NCBI GenBank assembly: GCA_947649935.1
Contig: CANSTR010000006.1
Location: 4,494 to 68,493 of the forward strand
From: an uncultured Clostridia bacterium
Lineage (GTDB): Bacteria > Bacillota > Clostridia > TANB77 > CAG-508
DNA length: 64,000 nt
Reading direction: 5' to 3'
Below the pieces are notes generated by a model. The model made no database searches and was not told the DNA's origin. It saw only the letters and a program-made list of their open reading frames with translations. Numbering within the stretch: position 1 is the stretch's first letter; every line of letters starts with the position of its first letter. Shown in pieces: positions 16,934-26,856 of the stretch. The position numbers were made by a program, and so were the translations under genes.

Positions 16934-17785
16934 TCATTTGGCACAATACATAAAGTTTCCTTCAATTTGACTGGCAATCTTGGCAACTCTTCTATTCCGT
17001 GGAAATTCAATTGGCACAATTTCTGCTTTCACAAAACGCAACGCCTTTTCCACAATTTCTTCATTTTCACACGCCAAAATCGAGCAAGTCGAATATACCA
17101 TTTCATGCCCTGGTTTCAAAATTGTCAATGCTTTTTTCAGCAAACTTAATTGCGATTTCGTCGACTTTTCAATTAACTTCATCGTAAATCTCTTCTCCAA
17201 ATTACTATGATTTCCACACAATGTTCCACTACCGCTACACGGACTATCCAGCAAAATATTATCAAACGAAAAAAAATCATCCAGTTTACGACTATCTTTT
17301 TCCATTAAATACACGCTCGATGCGCCCTGCTTTTCCAAATTATACTGCAAGCGTTCTGCACGAATGTGATTCATTTCGCATGCCGTAATATGTGCCTGAT
17401 TTTGCGTCATAGCCGCCAATTGCGTCGTTTTTCCGCCAGGTGCTGCTGCCATATCCAAAATATCCGTATTAGTATTCGGATTTAGAACAATTGCAGGTAA
17501 CATCGAAGACAAACTCTGCAGATAAATTTCGCCATTTTTATACATCTCCAATTCACGCAAATCCTTCTCATTTGCTTTCTCTAAAATCAACGCCTCTTTG
17601 CTCCACGCCACACTTTGATAGGCAATTCCGAATTGGTCCAATTCAGCTTTCACTTTCTCCAAGTTACTTTTTATGGTATTGACACGAAACGTGGTTTTTC
17701 GATTCGCAAAAAAACCTTGATGGATTTCCTCCGCTATTTTTTCACCATATTGCTCTTTTAATAAACTCATTAAAAATTCTGGCAT
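16934..17785 (-). CDS. RsmB/RsmF (NOL1/NOP2/Sun) family rRNA cytosine-C5 methyltransferase
   Basis: 283 aa; SAM motif DMAAAPGGKTT, catalytic DSPCSGSGT and YSTCS. Confidence 0.85.
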   Translation of the reverse strand: MPEFLMSLLKEQYGEKIAEEIHQGFFANRKTTFRVNTIKSNLEKVKAELDQFGIAYQSVAWSKEALILEKANEKDLRELEMYKNGEIYLQSLSSMLPAIVLNPNTNTDILDMAAAPGGKTTQLAAMTQNQAHITACEMNHIRAERLQYNLEKQGASSVYLMEKDSRKLDDFFSFDNILLDSPCSGSGTLCGNHSNLEKRFTMKLIEKSTKSQLSLLKKALTILKPGHEMVYSTCSILACENEEIVEKALRFVKAEIVPIEFPRNRRVAKIASQIEGNFMYCAK

Positions 17786-17869
17786 TTTTGTTTCCTCCTG
17801 CAGAATTATAACATATTAACACCATTTTTTCAATCCCATCATATGATATAATATAAAGGAGGGATATTT

Positions 17870-18283
17870 ATGTGTATGAATAAAGGAACAAATAATCCAT
17901 GCTGTTGTGCTTTTAGCATCATTGGTGCATTGTTAGCAGCAGTTGGAATTGCTGGTATTTTCTATGCAGGACTAATTGTTGCAATCATACCATTGGTTTA
18001 TGTGACTTTAGTTCTAGGAATTCTAGTATTATTATATGCGTTTATCACTGCATTTTGTGGTGGAAGACATCAATGTGCTGCACTTGATTCTTGCTTAATT
18101 TCAACTGCTGTTGGCTCTGTTATCACAAGTGCATTTGCATTAGCAGCTACTACACTACCTGCTGCTTCTCTTACAGTTGGTATATTAATTGCTGCCGTTG
18201 CCTTTTTCCTAGTTTCAAACTTATTTAATATTGTCAACCTAATCATTGGGAAATTGTGCAAAGGATATTGCAAAGAAGCATAA
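17870..18283 (+). CDS. Small hydrophobic Cys-rich membrane protein, unknown function
   Basis: 137 aa, about 4 predicted TM stretches, N-terminal NNPCCC and C-terminal CKGYCK; AAGGAGGG RBS. Confidence 0.6.
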   Translation: MCMNKGTNNPCCCAFSIIGALLAAVGIAGIFYAGLIVAIIPLVYVTLVLGILVLLYAFITAFCGGRHQCAALDSCLISTAVGSVITSAFALAATTLPAASLTVGILIAAVAFFLVSNLFNIVNLIIGKLCKGYCKEA

Positions 18284-18324
18284 AATTTAAAAAAGGATAG
18301 TCATAAAAACTATAAACTTGTAAA

Positions 18325-18369
18325 ATGAAAGTAGACACAAAAAAAGAAAGTGTTTACTTTCATTTTTTA
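18325..18369 (+). terminator. Rho-independent terminator
   Basis: Stem ATGAAAGTAGACAC/GTGTTTACTTTCAT (one mismatch) followed by TTTTTT. Confidence 0.75.
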
Positions 18370-18450
18370 TTTTATCGCGGAAGGATTTATTACACAACTT
18401 TTCTGATACTGTTCATTATATAGCTCATAATTTGCATGTTAAATATTGTT

Positions 18451-18787
18451 TTATTTATTATTAATTATAATAAATTCAAAATTATGTTTTTTCCCACCTT
18501 TTATGACTTTTTCAGCTTCGTTTGACCAAAAATCAACTATATCATTCATGAGTGTTTCTACTATATTAGAAATATCTCCAGTTATCTTTATTATAATATT
18601 TTTTTCACTAATCCATGATAAATCACAAGCCCAATCCAAAAATCCATCAGTTGTCATTTCATCATAACTACTTTCAGTTGCATGATTCAATATATCTAAA
18701 GCTTCACCTAATTTTTCTTTAAATTCTGTTTTAGAATCATTATCTAATTTAATTTCTCTAAAATATACATCTTTTAATATGATTCAT
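18451..18787 (-). pseudogene. Small acidic protein, possibly barstar/immunity-like, with a frameshift in an A4 run after codon 5
   Basis: AGAGGTGAA-ATG at 18787 reads MNHIK and then hits TAG. The +1 frame reads DVYFREIKLDNDSKTEFKEKLGEALDILNHATESS... and joins ORF 18451..18690. DGFLDWACDLSW loosely resembles the barstar NLDALWDCL motif. Confidence 0.5.
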
Positions 18788-18922
18788 TTCACCTCTTTTT
18801 TATTTATTCGTTATCTATTTGACTTAATATTACCAAAACAGATATTTTAATTTTCTTGATAAAAACTATTGCATTCATATAGTTAGTTTCATATATGTGT
18901 CTCGTTAGAGCAGCATTTTTAT

Positions 18923-18968
18923 TCAAACAAAAATAGCTAGAAGTTCTATAAAATTAGCTTCTAGCTAT
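18923..18968 (-). terminator. Terminator after the cohesin-anchor gene
   Basis: 11-bp stem ATAGCTAGAAG/CTTCTAGCTAT, then TTTTGTTTG on the minus strand. Confidence 0.75.
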
Positions 18969-18984
18969 TCATTTTCAACTAAAT

Positions 18985-19857
18985 CTATTTGCCACTCATC
19001 TTTCTGTCTATTATTTTAATTTTAATATAGAAAATTGCTACAAAAACAACTGCTACTCCAATCAAAATTAAAATGATATTCACTGCAGCTCCAGCCTTTG
19101 GTAAAATTCCTTTTTTGATTGAATCTTTTTGAGTATTGTTGCTGGTGCTAGCTACAATTGTTTTATTTTCATTTTTATTTGTGCCATTATTTCCACTTGA
19201 ACTAGAATTACTGCCATTATTATTGGCACTATTTCCACCATTTCCATTTGAATTACTGTCACTTGGATTTGTTGGCTGAGTTGGTGTAACTGGAGTGGAA
19301 GGTGTACTTGGCGTGTCTGGAGTTGTTGGTTTATCCGGTGTGGTTGGCTTATCTGGAGTCGTTGGTGTATCAGGCGTTGTTGTTCCCGCTTTTATCGTAA
19401 TCGTCTTCGTTGCATTTGGCACAGCAATATCTTCTATTCCATTGGATGTAGAAATATTCTTTAATGTAACAGAAGTAGAACCAGTAGCTCCTTCGTTTAC
19501 TTTAAACGTCATCTTTAGGACAACTTCATCCGTTGTTGCCAAACCTCCTCGATCCATTACCAATTTTCCATTTGCTTCATTATAGGAAAGGGGGCTCACT
19601 GGCGTAGACCAGCTATTTTGCCCTGTCATTCCTACCAAAGTCAAACTCTTTTTGTCATATTCCAAAGTCGCAATTAAAGCAATAATTCCACTTTCTGCTT
19701 GAATGTTGGATAAATTAACATCCACTACAAATTCTTCATTTTTGCTAAACTCATTCTTAGCTGTCTGTAAGTTAATAGAACATGAAGCCGCATATACCTT
19801 TGTTATGATACACATTACACTTAATAAAATCAATCCTATTTTTACAATTTTTTTCAT
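18985..19857 (-). CDS. Cell-wall-anchored cohesin-domain protein (signal peptide, cohesin-like module, Pro/Thr linker, LPKAG sorting-signal-like C-terminus)
   Basis: Signal peptide ending VYA-AS. Cohesin-like FVVDVNLSNIQAESGIIALIATLEYDKKSLTL. TPDKPTTPDKPTTPDTPSTPSTP linker. LPKAG + hydrophobic segment + KIKIIDRK tail. Confidence 0.7.
   Translation of the reverse strand: MKKIVKIGLILLSVMCIITKVYAASCSINLQTAKNEFSKNEEFVVDVNLSNIQAESGIIALIATLEYDKKSLTLVGMTGQNSWSTPVSPLSYNEANGKLVMDRGGLATTDEVVLKMTFKVNEGATGSTSVTLKNISTSNGIEDIAVPNATKTITIKAGTTTPDTPTTPDKPTTPDKPTTPDTPSTPSTPVTPTQPTNPSDSNSNGNGGNSANNNGSNSSSSGNNGTNKNENKTIVASTSNNTQKDSIKKGILPKAGAAVNIILILIGVAVVFVAIFYIKIKIIDRKMSGK
19264..19383 (-). repeat. Coding tandem repeat (Pro/Thr-rich linker, about 15-nt units)
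   Basis: aa 159-198 TTPDTPTTPDKPTTPDKPTTPDTPSTPSTPVTPTQPTNP; the periodicity is visible in the DNA. Confidence 0.8.
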
Positions 19858-19873
19858 AGCTTCTCCTTTAGTT

Positions 19874-22800
19874 TTATTTAATCAACATTAACTTAAGTTG
19901 TGCTAAATCTGTTATCGTGATTTGATTATCATCTTTGATATCGGCAGCTTTGAATGCATTTCCTGTCAATAACTCTTTTTCAATCAAATGCAATTTGATT
20001 TTTGCAAGGTCCGTTACTGTCACTTCTCCATTTCCATCCACATCTGCAATTACGATTAATGTATAATTTTTCGTTTTACCTACTTCTAATGTCATACCTG
20101 TTGCTAAAACGCTATCTTCTCCAAGCACATTTCCTGCTTTATCTTTAATCACTAATGCTTGATTTGTTTTCACATTTGTTTTAAATACAGCAACTGTCGT
20201 TCCTGCAGGAATTCTTGAAACAAAACCATCTTCTACTGTATAAACATCGGATGTAAGTTCTGTAGGAGTTGGTTGAATTTCTACTGCTAATTCAGCATTA
20301 CTCGTAGAAATATCATTTTCTCCATCACTTGCTACAATGTCTTTTACTTTAACCAATGTTTGAACTGGATTGATTCCATCTGTTACACTGTCTTTTACTC
20401 TAAATTTTATTTTGAAAATAGAGCTATCTTTATTGACATATTTACCGTTATCAATCACAAATTTTAAATTGGTTTCATTAAATCCATTTTTACCAATTTC
20501 CCAACCATCTGTTGATTCTGCTATGGTTAGATTTTCCAAAATGCTGTTATCATATTCCAATTGACCTGTTAAGGCAATCAAACCTTCTTTAATATTTTTC
20601 AAGTTTTGAATTTTTACATTCAATTCCACTTCATCACCTGGATGAATAGCTGTTTCTGTTGTTTTTTCAATGACAGTTGCAAAACTTGCTGTTGTTGGCG
20701 TGTCTACATCTACAAGTGTTGGAGGAACAACAACTGTTTCACCTCTAGCAGCTTCTTCTTGCACTACTGATTTTGCAACAAATGTTGCTTCAGCAATACA
20801 ATTCTCAGAAGTTACATCACTGTAATTTACAGTAATATCCATTGCATCTTTGTTTGTTACATCAACTTGTTTTCCACAAACTGTAATAGTTTCGATTTCA
20901 TAACCAGCATCTGGTCTTACATTCAATGTTTTTGAACCACCTTCTGCAAGAGTAACAATATTTCCTTCTTCTCGATTGGCTCCTTCAATATTACCACCAT
21001 CTGTAGCTGATACAACAATTGATTTATTGACTGGTACAGTTCCATCATTTTCCACAACTGCAATCGCAAATGGACTAAAAGAATCACAAGTTACAACCAA
21101 TCCATATTGTGTTACCACACAAGGAATTTCTTCTACTCCTGTAACATTTCCTGCGCTATCTCTTTTAAAGTGATATGCCTTAAAAGTAACTCCTGCATCT
21201 TCTGGTCCATATCCTGCTGGAAATCCTAAAGATATTCTTAGTCTATGACCAGTTTTTACAACATATTTCTTACATACATTTAACGAAATATTATATGTTT
21301 CACTTGTTACTAATTCTTGACCACCTAACTCATTTTCCATTAAGTTATTCATTGTTTCTCTTTCAGTTTTTGTTGTTCTTGTTGTTACTAAAGCAATTCT
21401 ACTTTTTAATTTGTCAGAAACTGCTTCCCCATCACTTGTTTGCCAACCATTCATTGAAAGGTCTTCATTTTCAAGAAGAGTTGGTGTACCAAATACTTCC
21501 CAATTTTTTGCTTTATTCATGCTAAATGAACATGCTATTGTATTAACAGCTCCATAGCTTATTTCCATTGGTGCTTTTCCACTATTTTTTCCAACTAGAC
21601 CTGTTAAATAAATATGGTACGTTGCTCCATCGTCAGCCCACATTTTACTGAATTTCAAATCAAATGTTACTCGATTTTTTCCGTCAAATACAAAATTTGT
21701 TATTTCTGCCTTATCTGCTCCTGTTGGTCCTGTTGAATCTAATGTATAACCTACTTCTGTTGCTCCTTCTGCTAACACTAAATCATCATCATAAGTAACA
21801 TCTACATGATAAGTAGGTCCAACTGAAAGTGTTGCTGTTGGTGCTGGTGTTTGTTTTTTAATGTATGGCTTACTTTTATAAATTCCATTTGGATTGTATA
21901 ATTTTCCTGATTGTGCTACAAAGTCAGATTCGTCACCTTGATACGTATAACCTGCTAGCCCTTCACTTGGTGCTAATGTCGTTACAGCAAATTCAACATA
22001 TTCTCCATTTGCAACGATAATATAAATATGATCTCCATAATCTTGAAAGGCTCCTGGTGCATATAATTCTGGATTCATATAACCCCACTTGCCTTCAATC
22101 CATATATCATCTCCTGGTCTATATTCATGATATTTCATCAAGATATATTTTCCTTCTTTTACTGCTTCTGCATATCCCTTATTGTTATAACTGATATAAA
22201 AATCTCCTGCTTTGTATTCTTCTGTTTCAGTTCCTTCCTGTTTGAATTTTACTAACAATCCATTAACATTTGTTACATTATCAATTCCATAGTCTTCTGA
22301 ATATAACTCTGGATATCTGAACACATAAAATCCTGCTGCTTCAACTGATTCTAAAACAACATGTTCTTTATTCATTGTTTCTGTTCCCACTAAACAATAT
22401 CTTGTGTTTTCAAATCCTTCTGTGATATCGTCTCCTGGATTATATTCTGGTTGGGTTGTATCAATATGTGGGTTTCTTAAAAATGGATCATCTAGTGTAC
22501 AGTCTACTGCATACCAAACCTTTTCTCCTGTTCTAGCTACTGTCGATTTTTCAATTTCAACATAATTCCACATATGAGGAACTGCTGCCGAACCCTCATT
22601 TTGATGAGTTCCTTGTACAAGAATACTGTTAATTCCTACTTTATCTAAAACTGTTTTGAATGCTCTTGCATATCCTTCGCATACTGCTTCTTTTTTTACA
22701 AGAGCACCATAAGGTGTAGAAATAAATTCCTCATTTCCTGCCTTACAATCAGTTTCTAATCTGTAACCTGTATTATAAATAATTTCATTGTGAACAAATT

Positions 22801-23359
22801 TGATTTGTTCTGCTGTCTTGTTTTGATTTACTTCTACTTCCATATTTTTTGCTTTTTCAGCAATTTCATTCACACGGCTATTAAATTCACCAATTGCTGT
22901 GTCTACTTCAGCTTGGCTAGTAAAGCCATCTGTGTAGTAATTAGCAAATCTTCCAGAACCAATATAGGCATGATATTTGTTATCTGCATCCTTTGTCGTT
23001 CTGATACTAAGTTTTTGGAAATTCACATAAAAAATTTCAGGATAGTCTGCATAAAAAGCGTATCTTGCAGCATTCATCGCTGAAGTCAATGTTGTGTTTC
23101 CTTTCTCATATTCTTTGATTTCGTCTTCTGTAAAAAATCCATTGTCTACAAGGTCATAGCCTTGTGTTCCTGTTTTGAATACACCTTTTGTGTACATATT
23201 GTACATTGCTTGGTATATTTTTTTTGCCTCCGCCCCAAGTTGTTCATAATGGAAATTGGCTTCCACTCCACTTCCTGCTGCTTCTACATGAATCCAACTA
23301 AATTGTGCAACAAAAAGCACTGCAAGTAAAAAAATAGCAATTAATTTTTTTAACTTCAT
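19874..23359 (-). CDS. Large secreted protein: transglutaminase-like cysteine-protease core + Ig-like/unknown middle + cohesin-like module + C-terminal type-I-like dockerin
   Basis: 1161 aa; signal peptide. AVCEGYARAFKTVLDKVG (Cys codon at 22679-22681) ... PHMWNYVEI ... YAVDCTLDD. Cohesin-like VELNVKIQNLKNIKEGLIALTGQLEYDNSIL (about 20270-20650). Dockerin duplicated Ca-loop DVDGNGEVTVTDLAKIKLHL / DIKDDNQITITDLAQLKLML (about 19877-20060). Confidence 0.75.
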   Translation of the reverse strand: MKLKKLIAIFLLAVLFVAQFSWIHVEAAGSGVEANFHYEQLGAEAKKIYQAMYNMYTKGVFKTGTQGYDLVDNGFFTEDEIKEYEKGNTTLTSAMNAARYAFYADYPEIFYVNFQKLSIRTTKDADNKYHAYIGSGRFANYYTDGFTSQAEVDTAIGEFNSRVNEIAEKAKNMEVEVNQNKTAEQIKFVHNEIIYNTGYRLETDCKAGNEEFISTPYGALVKKEAVCEGYARAFKTVLDKVGINSILVQGTHQNEGSAAVPHMWNYVEIEKSTVARTGEKVWYAVDCTLDDPFLRNPHIDTTQPEYNPGDDITEGFENTRYCLVGTETMNKEHVVLESVEAAGFYVFRYPELYSEDYGIDNVTNVNGLLVKFKQEGTETEEYKAGDFYISYNNKGYAEAVKEGKYILMKYHEYRPGDDIWIEGKWGYMNPELYAPGAFQDYGDHIYIIVANGEYVEFAVTTLAPSEGLAGYTYQGDESDFVAQSGKLYNPNGIYKSKPYIKKQTPAPTATLSVGPTYHVDVTYDDDLVLAEGATEVGYTLDSTGPTGADKAEITNFVFDGKNRVTFDLKFSKMWADDGATYHIYLTGLVGKNSGKAPMEISYGAVNTIACSFSMNKAKNWEVFGTPTLLENEDLSMNGWQTSDGEAVSDKLKSRIALVTTRTTKTERETMNNLMENELGGQELVTSETYNISLNVCKKYVVKTGHRLRISLGFPAGYGPEDAGVTFKAYHFKRDSAGNVTGVEEIPCVVTQYGLVVTCDSFSPFAIAVVENDGTVPVNKSIVVSATDGGNIEGANREEGNIVTLAEGGSKTLNVRPDAGYEIETITVCGKQVDVTNKDAMDITVNYSDVTSENCIAEATFVAKSVVQEEAARGETVVVPPTLVDVDTPTTASFATVIEKTTETAIHPGDEVELNVKIQNLKNIKEGLIALTGQLEYDNSILENLTIAESTDGWEIGKNGFNETNLKFVIDNGKYVNKDSSIFKIKFRVKDSVTDGINPVQTLVKVKDIVASDGENDISTSNAELAVEIQPTPTELTSDVYTVEDGFVSRIPAGTTVAVFKTNVKTNQALVIKDKAGNVLGEDSVLATGMTLEVGKTKNYTLIVIADVDGNGEVTVTDLAKIKLHLIEKELLTGNAFKAADIKDDNQITITDLAQLKLMLIK

Positions 23360-23427
23360 ATTTAACTCTCCTTTTATATATATTTTCTCTAGAATGCTTA
23401 TAAATTGCTAAACATCTAGATATTTTT

Positions 23428-23456
23428 ATTATACTATAAAAAGGGAGTTTTGTCAA
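23428..23456 (-). promoter_or_regulatory. Sigma-A promoter TTGACA-17-TATAAT for the dockerin-protein operon
   Basis: Minus strand TTGACAAAACTCCCTTTTTATAGTATAAT. Confidence 0.6.
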
Positions 23457-23510
23457 TAGATTCCAATAGACGAAAAGTACAATTTTTAAAATTGCACTCT
23501 CTGTATCTTC

Positions 23511-24236
23511 TTATTTTTCATTGACTGTTTTTAAAATATCTTTTGCCACTTTTTCTTTATCAAAACGATTTATAATTAGGATAAGAATGACAACTAAAAT
23601 TAAAACAATTCCGTACAAAATGAGTCCCATTTTCCAATCACCAACTGCCAAATTGGCTCCCGCTAATGTGGACGAAATCACGGACGGAAAACGTGCAAAG
23701 GTGGAAATTAGGATAAAGCGAATTGGTTTTATCGGAAGCAAGCCTGCTACATATACTAGCAAATCTTTTGGCATTCCTGGAACAAGAAAACAAATCAGCA
23801 TAATTCTTTCGATTTTTTTCGGATTTTGAAAAAGTTTGCTATTTTCAATTTTAGCTACCTTTTTTTCATCACAAAAACTGCACACAAATTTTCGACCAAA
23901 TTTTCGGACCATTCCAAAAATCATCACTGATATGATGCACGCAGATGCCATAATAAAGACGGTTCCACCCCAAGCTCCATAACACATTCCTGCTAAAATC
24001 TCAAGCGGTTCTCCTGGCACAATGATGAGAAAAATTTGTGCAACTTGCAAGCCAAATAATGTTAACATTCCCATCATACCAGAACTTTCCACTTTTGCCT
24101 TAAAGGCTTCTTGTCCCTCTAAAGAAGACAAATTTTTCATCACAGGAAATAAATAAACAATCATGCCAATCATCACAATCAAAACCAAAATGGTTGCTAT
24201 TTTTTTGAAAATATTTATGCTCTTTTTTTGTTTCAT
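23511..24236 (-). CDS. TVP38/TMEM64 (DedA-related) family membrane protein
   Basis: 241 aa, multi-TM, characteristic VPGEPLEILAG motif. Confidence 0.75.
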   Translation of the reverse strand: MKQKKSINIFKKIATILVLIVMIGMIVYLFPVMKNLSSLEGQEAFKAKVESSGMMGMLTLFGLQVAQIFLIIVPGEPLEILAGMCYGAWGGTVFIMASACIISVMIFGMVRKFGRKFVCSFCDEKKVAKIENSKLFQNPKKIERIMLICFLVPGMPKDLLVYVAGLLPIKPIRFILISTFARFPSVISSTLAGANLAVGDWKMGLILYGIVLILVVILILIINRFDKEKVAKDILKTVNEK

Positions 24237-24811
24237 ACAATCACTTCTCTCCTTCTACCATTCATAATTCTTTCTAAAACCTTTCCTTTTTCTACTTTGT
24301 AATCTTTCAGTTTTCCTTGGTATACCAGTTTGATGTTAGCAAGTTGTTTAAAGCTTTCTGGTCGAATCAATTCTGGCAAATTGGTTCCAATTCCAGCTTG
24401 TTCTAATACATATTTAACAAATTCGGCACAATAAAAAGCATGGTCAGAATGAATTCTTTTGTGGATTCCTACAGCAAATAAACCAATTACGTTAAAGTTG
24501 TGCAACGCTTTGGTTGCTTCTATGTAATGGATGATGGATTGAATTTGCTGATATTGCTCATCTTCCACTGTTAAAGCGTACACATTCGCCCACGTTGCCT
24601 GGAAGCGTTTGAAAGTTCCGCAGTCAATCCCTTCGTGTACAAATCCACCCCAAAATGGATTATACGGATTTAACCTTCCAAAACTATACATTTCTTTTAG
24701 TTCCCTATCTAACGAAATGGAACTATGGGAAAATTCATCTTTGGTACAACTTCTGATAATTTTGGATAAGGTCGTTCCTGTATGTGTTAAAACAATATAG
24801 ATTTGCTTCAT
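24233..24811 (-). CDS. YiiX-like permuted papain-fold (NlpC/P60 superfamily) hydrolase candidate
   Basis: 192 aa; His early (DEFSHSSISLD) and Cys late (AFYCAEFVKYV) fit the permuted order; 4-nt overlap with the downstream gene. Confidence 0.45.
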   Translation of the reverse strand: MKQIYIVLTHTGTTLSKIIRSCTKDEFSHSSISLDRELKEMYSFGRLNPYNPFWGGFVHEGIDCGTFKRFQATWANVYALTVEDEQYQQIQSIIHYIEATKALHNFNVIGLFAVGIHKRIHSDHAFYCAEFVKYVLEQAGIGTNLPELIRPESFKQLANIKLVYQGKLKDYKVEKGKVLERIMNGRRREVIV

Positions 24812-24855
24812 TTTTTACTTCATCCCTTTCTTCACTTTCTATTTTACCACTTTTT

Positions 24856-26856
24856 TTAAACGGATTCAATATTTCTGATAAATTGTACATCTGTTGCTAC
24901 AAAATAAATGCCATATACCATCATAAATAAGCTATAAATGCTGACTATATTTTGCCAAACTTCTGCCATTGAAACAGCAATCTTGAATGGAATGGCAATG
25001 CTTAATATTGCTGGAATGCTCATCACAAATGGAATTAACATCGGCAAGGCAAAATAGTAAAATAGCTGTTTTAAAATGGTTTTATTAATCGTTAATTCGT
25101 CTACCCCTAATTTTCTTAACAAAGCATAACGATATTTATATTTTTCTGAATCGCTTAGTTGCTGAATAGCCAAAAGTGTCGCAGTCGCCATGACGAAAAT
25201 TAACGCTACATAAAAGGCTAAAAAGGATACCATTGTATAAAAACTTTTTGTTACAGACATTCTTTTTCCTTTTGTCATGACATTTCCAAGAGAGATAGAA
25301 ACATTAAATGTTTGCTCTTCACCAGCAATTTCTTGTGTCATTGGTATTTCTTTTGTCATAATAAATTCACACAACTCATCGTAAAATGTTTCGTCTGTGC
25401 TTTCTTCTGTGGTAACAACTAAGCGGTAACCAAAATCGTTGCTGTTGTAATCGAAATTGTCAGTGCCCTTACAAATTCTTTCTTGCTCCGCTTTTACGGT
25501 ATCTACAAGACTGTCTGGCACAACAAAAATAAAACGGTCTCCATTAAAGGAAAGTTGCCCAAAATTCTCTGTTCTAACTTCTTTTATTTTGACTTTTTTA
25601 TCCCCAATCGTAGTTTCGCCTTTTTGTTTGACTTGGTCTTCGTACTTCTTTTTTAAGGTTCGCAGACAATGAATTATGACTTCGTCATCGTTTAAATCTA
25701 CCGTTTCATGTCCCAACATTTTTCTTAAATGATTGTAATCGCTCAGTCCCATGTAATAAAGATTTCCGTCATAATAAGTTTGATATTCATACATTTGTTT
25801 GACTTGTGCATTTTTTTCAATATATTCTTTATATTGCGAAAAATCACCATCTGGCGAACTTACCATAATTTCAAATGGATAGCCCATTTCAATTTCGTTG
25901 TTTAGCATATTGTTCATCAAAAGTGCGACATTTCCGCCAATTAATATGATGATAAACATCATGGCTATTGTGCCCATCGTCAAACTCATAGTGTTAATTT
26001 TGGAAGTCAAATTTCGGTACAAAAATAAATTTGTTTTTTGGTACTTTTTTGTTTTATTTTCTAAATATCGTTTTACGATAAAACTTGAAATGCTAATATA
26101 AAATAAGTAAATTCCTACAATTGCTAAAACTATTGCAAAAAACACATTTCTAGGCTTCATCTCTGTTTCTGACGAAAATTCATGATGATTTAAAAACAGT
26201 GCTATTCCAAATAAAACAAATGATAATATGAATAGAAAAACATTTCCTCTTGACTTTTGAATCATCGTATTTTCATTTTGTTTGGTAGCATACAATAAAT
26301 CATACACTTTTGTTTTTTGAATTTTTCTTCTGCAATTAAGTAGCACAATTATAAAAATGCCAAAAAAGTAAATCGCTGTTTTCCCTACTGCCTTTGGGTC
26401 AAATGTTATTTTGATTTGGTATGGTTGCTGAAATAAATTCATAATAATCGATGTAAATACTTGATACAAAAATACTCCTGCCAAAATTCCAATGCCAAAA
26501 GCGACTATTCCAATTACCAAATTTTCTAAAGTAAACATGTTTGCAATATCTTTTTTCTCAATGCCCAGAATTTGGTAAGTTCCAAATTCCTTGCTTCTTT
26601 TTTCTAGCATAAATTTCATGGTATAATGAATCAGCCATGCCATCACAAAAATAATTAAAATGCTGATACCTGTAATGGCTTTCCCAAATTCATTCATGTA
26701 GCTGGATAACTCGCTAATGTCTTTTGATGCAGCAATTGAGTTGAAACTAAACATCAACGCTGCTGACAAAATGACGGTGATGAAATAAATCATATAATCT
26801 TTGGCTTGCCTTTTTGCGTTTCTGATTGATAATTTACCTAACATCTCGTGCATCAC
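24856..26856 (-). CDS. BceB-type ABC transporter permease (FtsX-like, 10 TM with a large extracellular loop)
   Basis: 666 aa; N-terminal LSIRNAKRQAKDY, two FtsX-type 4-TM bundles flanking a soluble region of about 200 aa; the exact start is ambiguous (overlaps the ATPase gene). Confidence 0.85.
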   Translation of the reverse strand: MMHEMLGKLSIRNAKRQAKDYMIYFITVILSAALMFSFNSIAASKDISELSSYMNEFGKAITGISILIIFVMAWLIHYTMKFMLEKRSKEFGTYQILGIEKKDIANMFTLENLVIGIVAFGIGILAGVFLYQVFTSIIMNLFQQPYQIKITFDPKAVGKTAIYFFGIFIIVLLNCRRKIQKTKVYDLLYATKQNENTMIQKSRGNVFLFILSFVLFGIALFLNHHEFSSETEMKPRNVFFAIVLAIVGIYLFYISISSFIVKRYLENKTKKYQKTNLFLYRNLTSKINTMSLTMGTIAMMFIIILIGGNVALLMNNMLNNEIEMGYPFEIMVSSPDGDFSQYKEYIEKNAQVKQMYEYQTYYDGNLYYMGLSDYNHLRKMLGHETVDLNDDEVIIHCLRTLKKKYEDQVKQKGETTIGDKKVKIKEVRTENFGQLSFNGDRFIFVVPDSLVDTVKAEQERICKGTDNFDYNSNDFGYRLVVTTEESTDETFYDELCEFIMTKEIPMTQEIAGEEQTFNVSISLGNVMTKGKRMSVTKSFYTMVSFLAFYVALIFVMATATLLAIQQLSDSEKYKYRYALLRKLGVDELTINKTILKQLFYYFALPMLIPFVMSIPAILSIAIPFKIAVSMAEVWQNIVSIYSLFMMVYGIYFVATDVQFIRNIESV

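Noticed and set aside
19264-19383. Short tandem DNA repeats as a possible CRISPR or VNTR array
   Set aside because: They lie inside an open reading frame and encode a Pro/Thr linker. There are no spacer-like unique segments and no cas genes.
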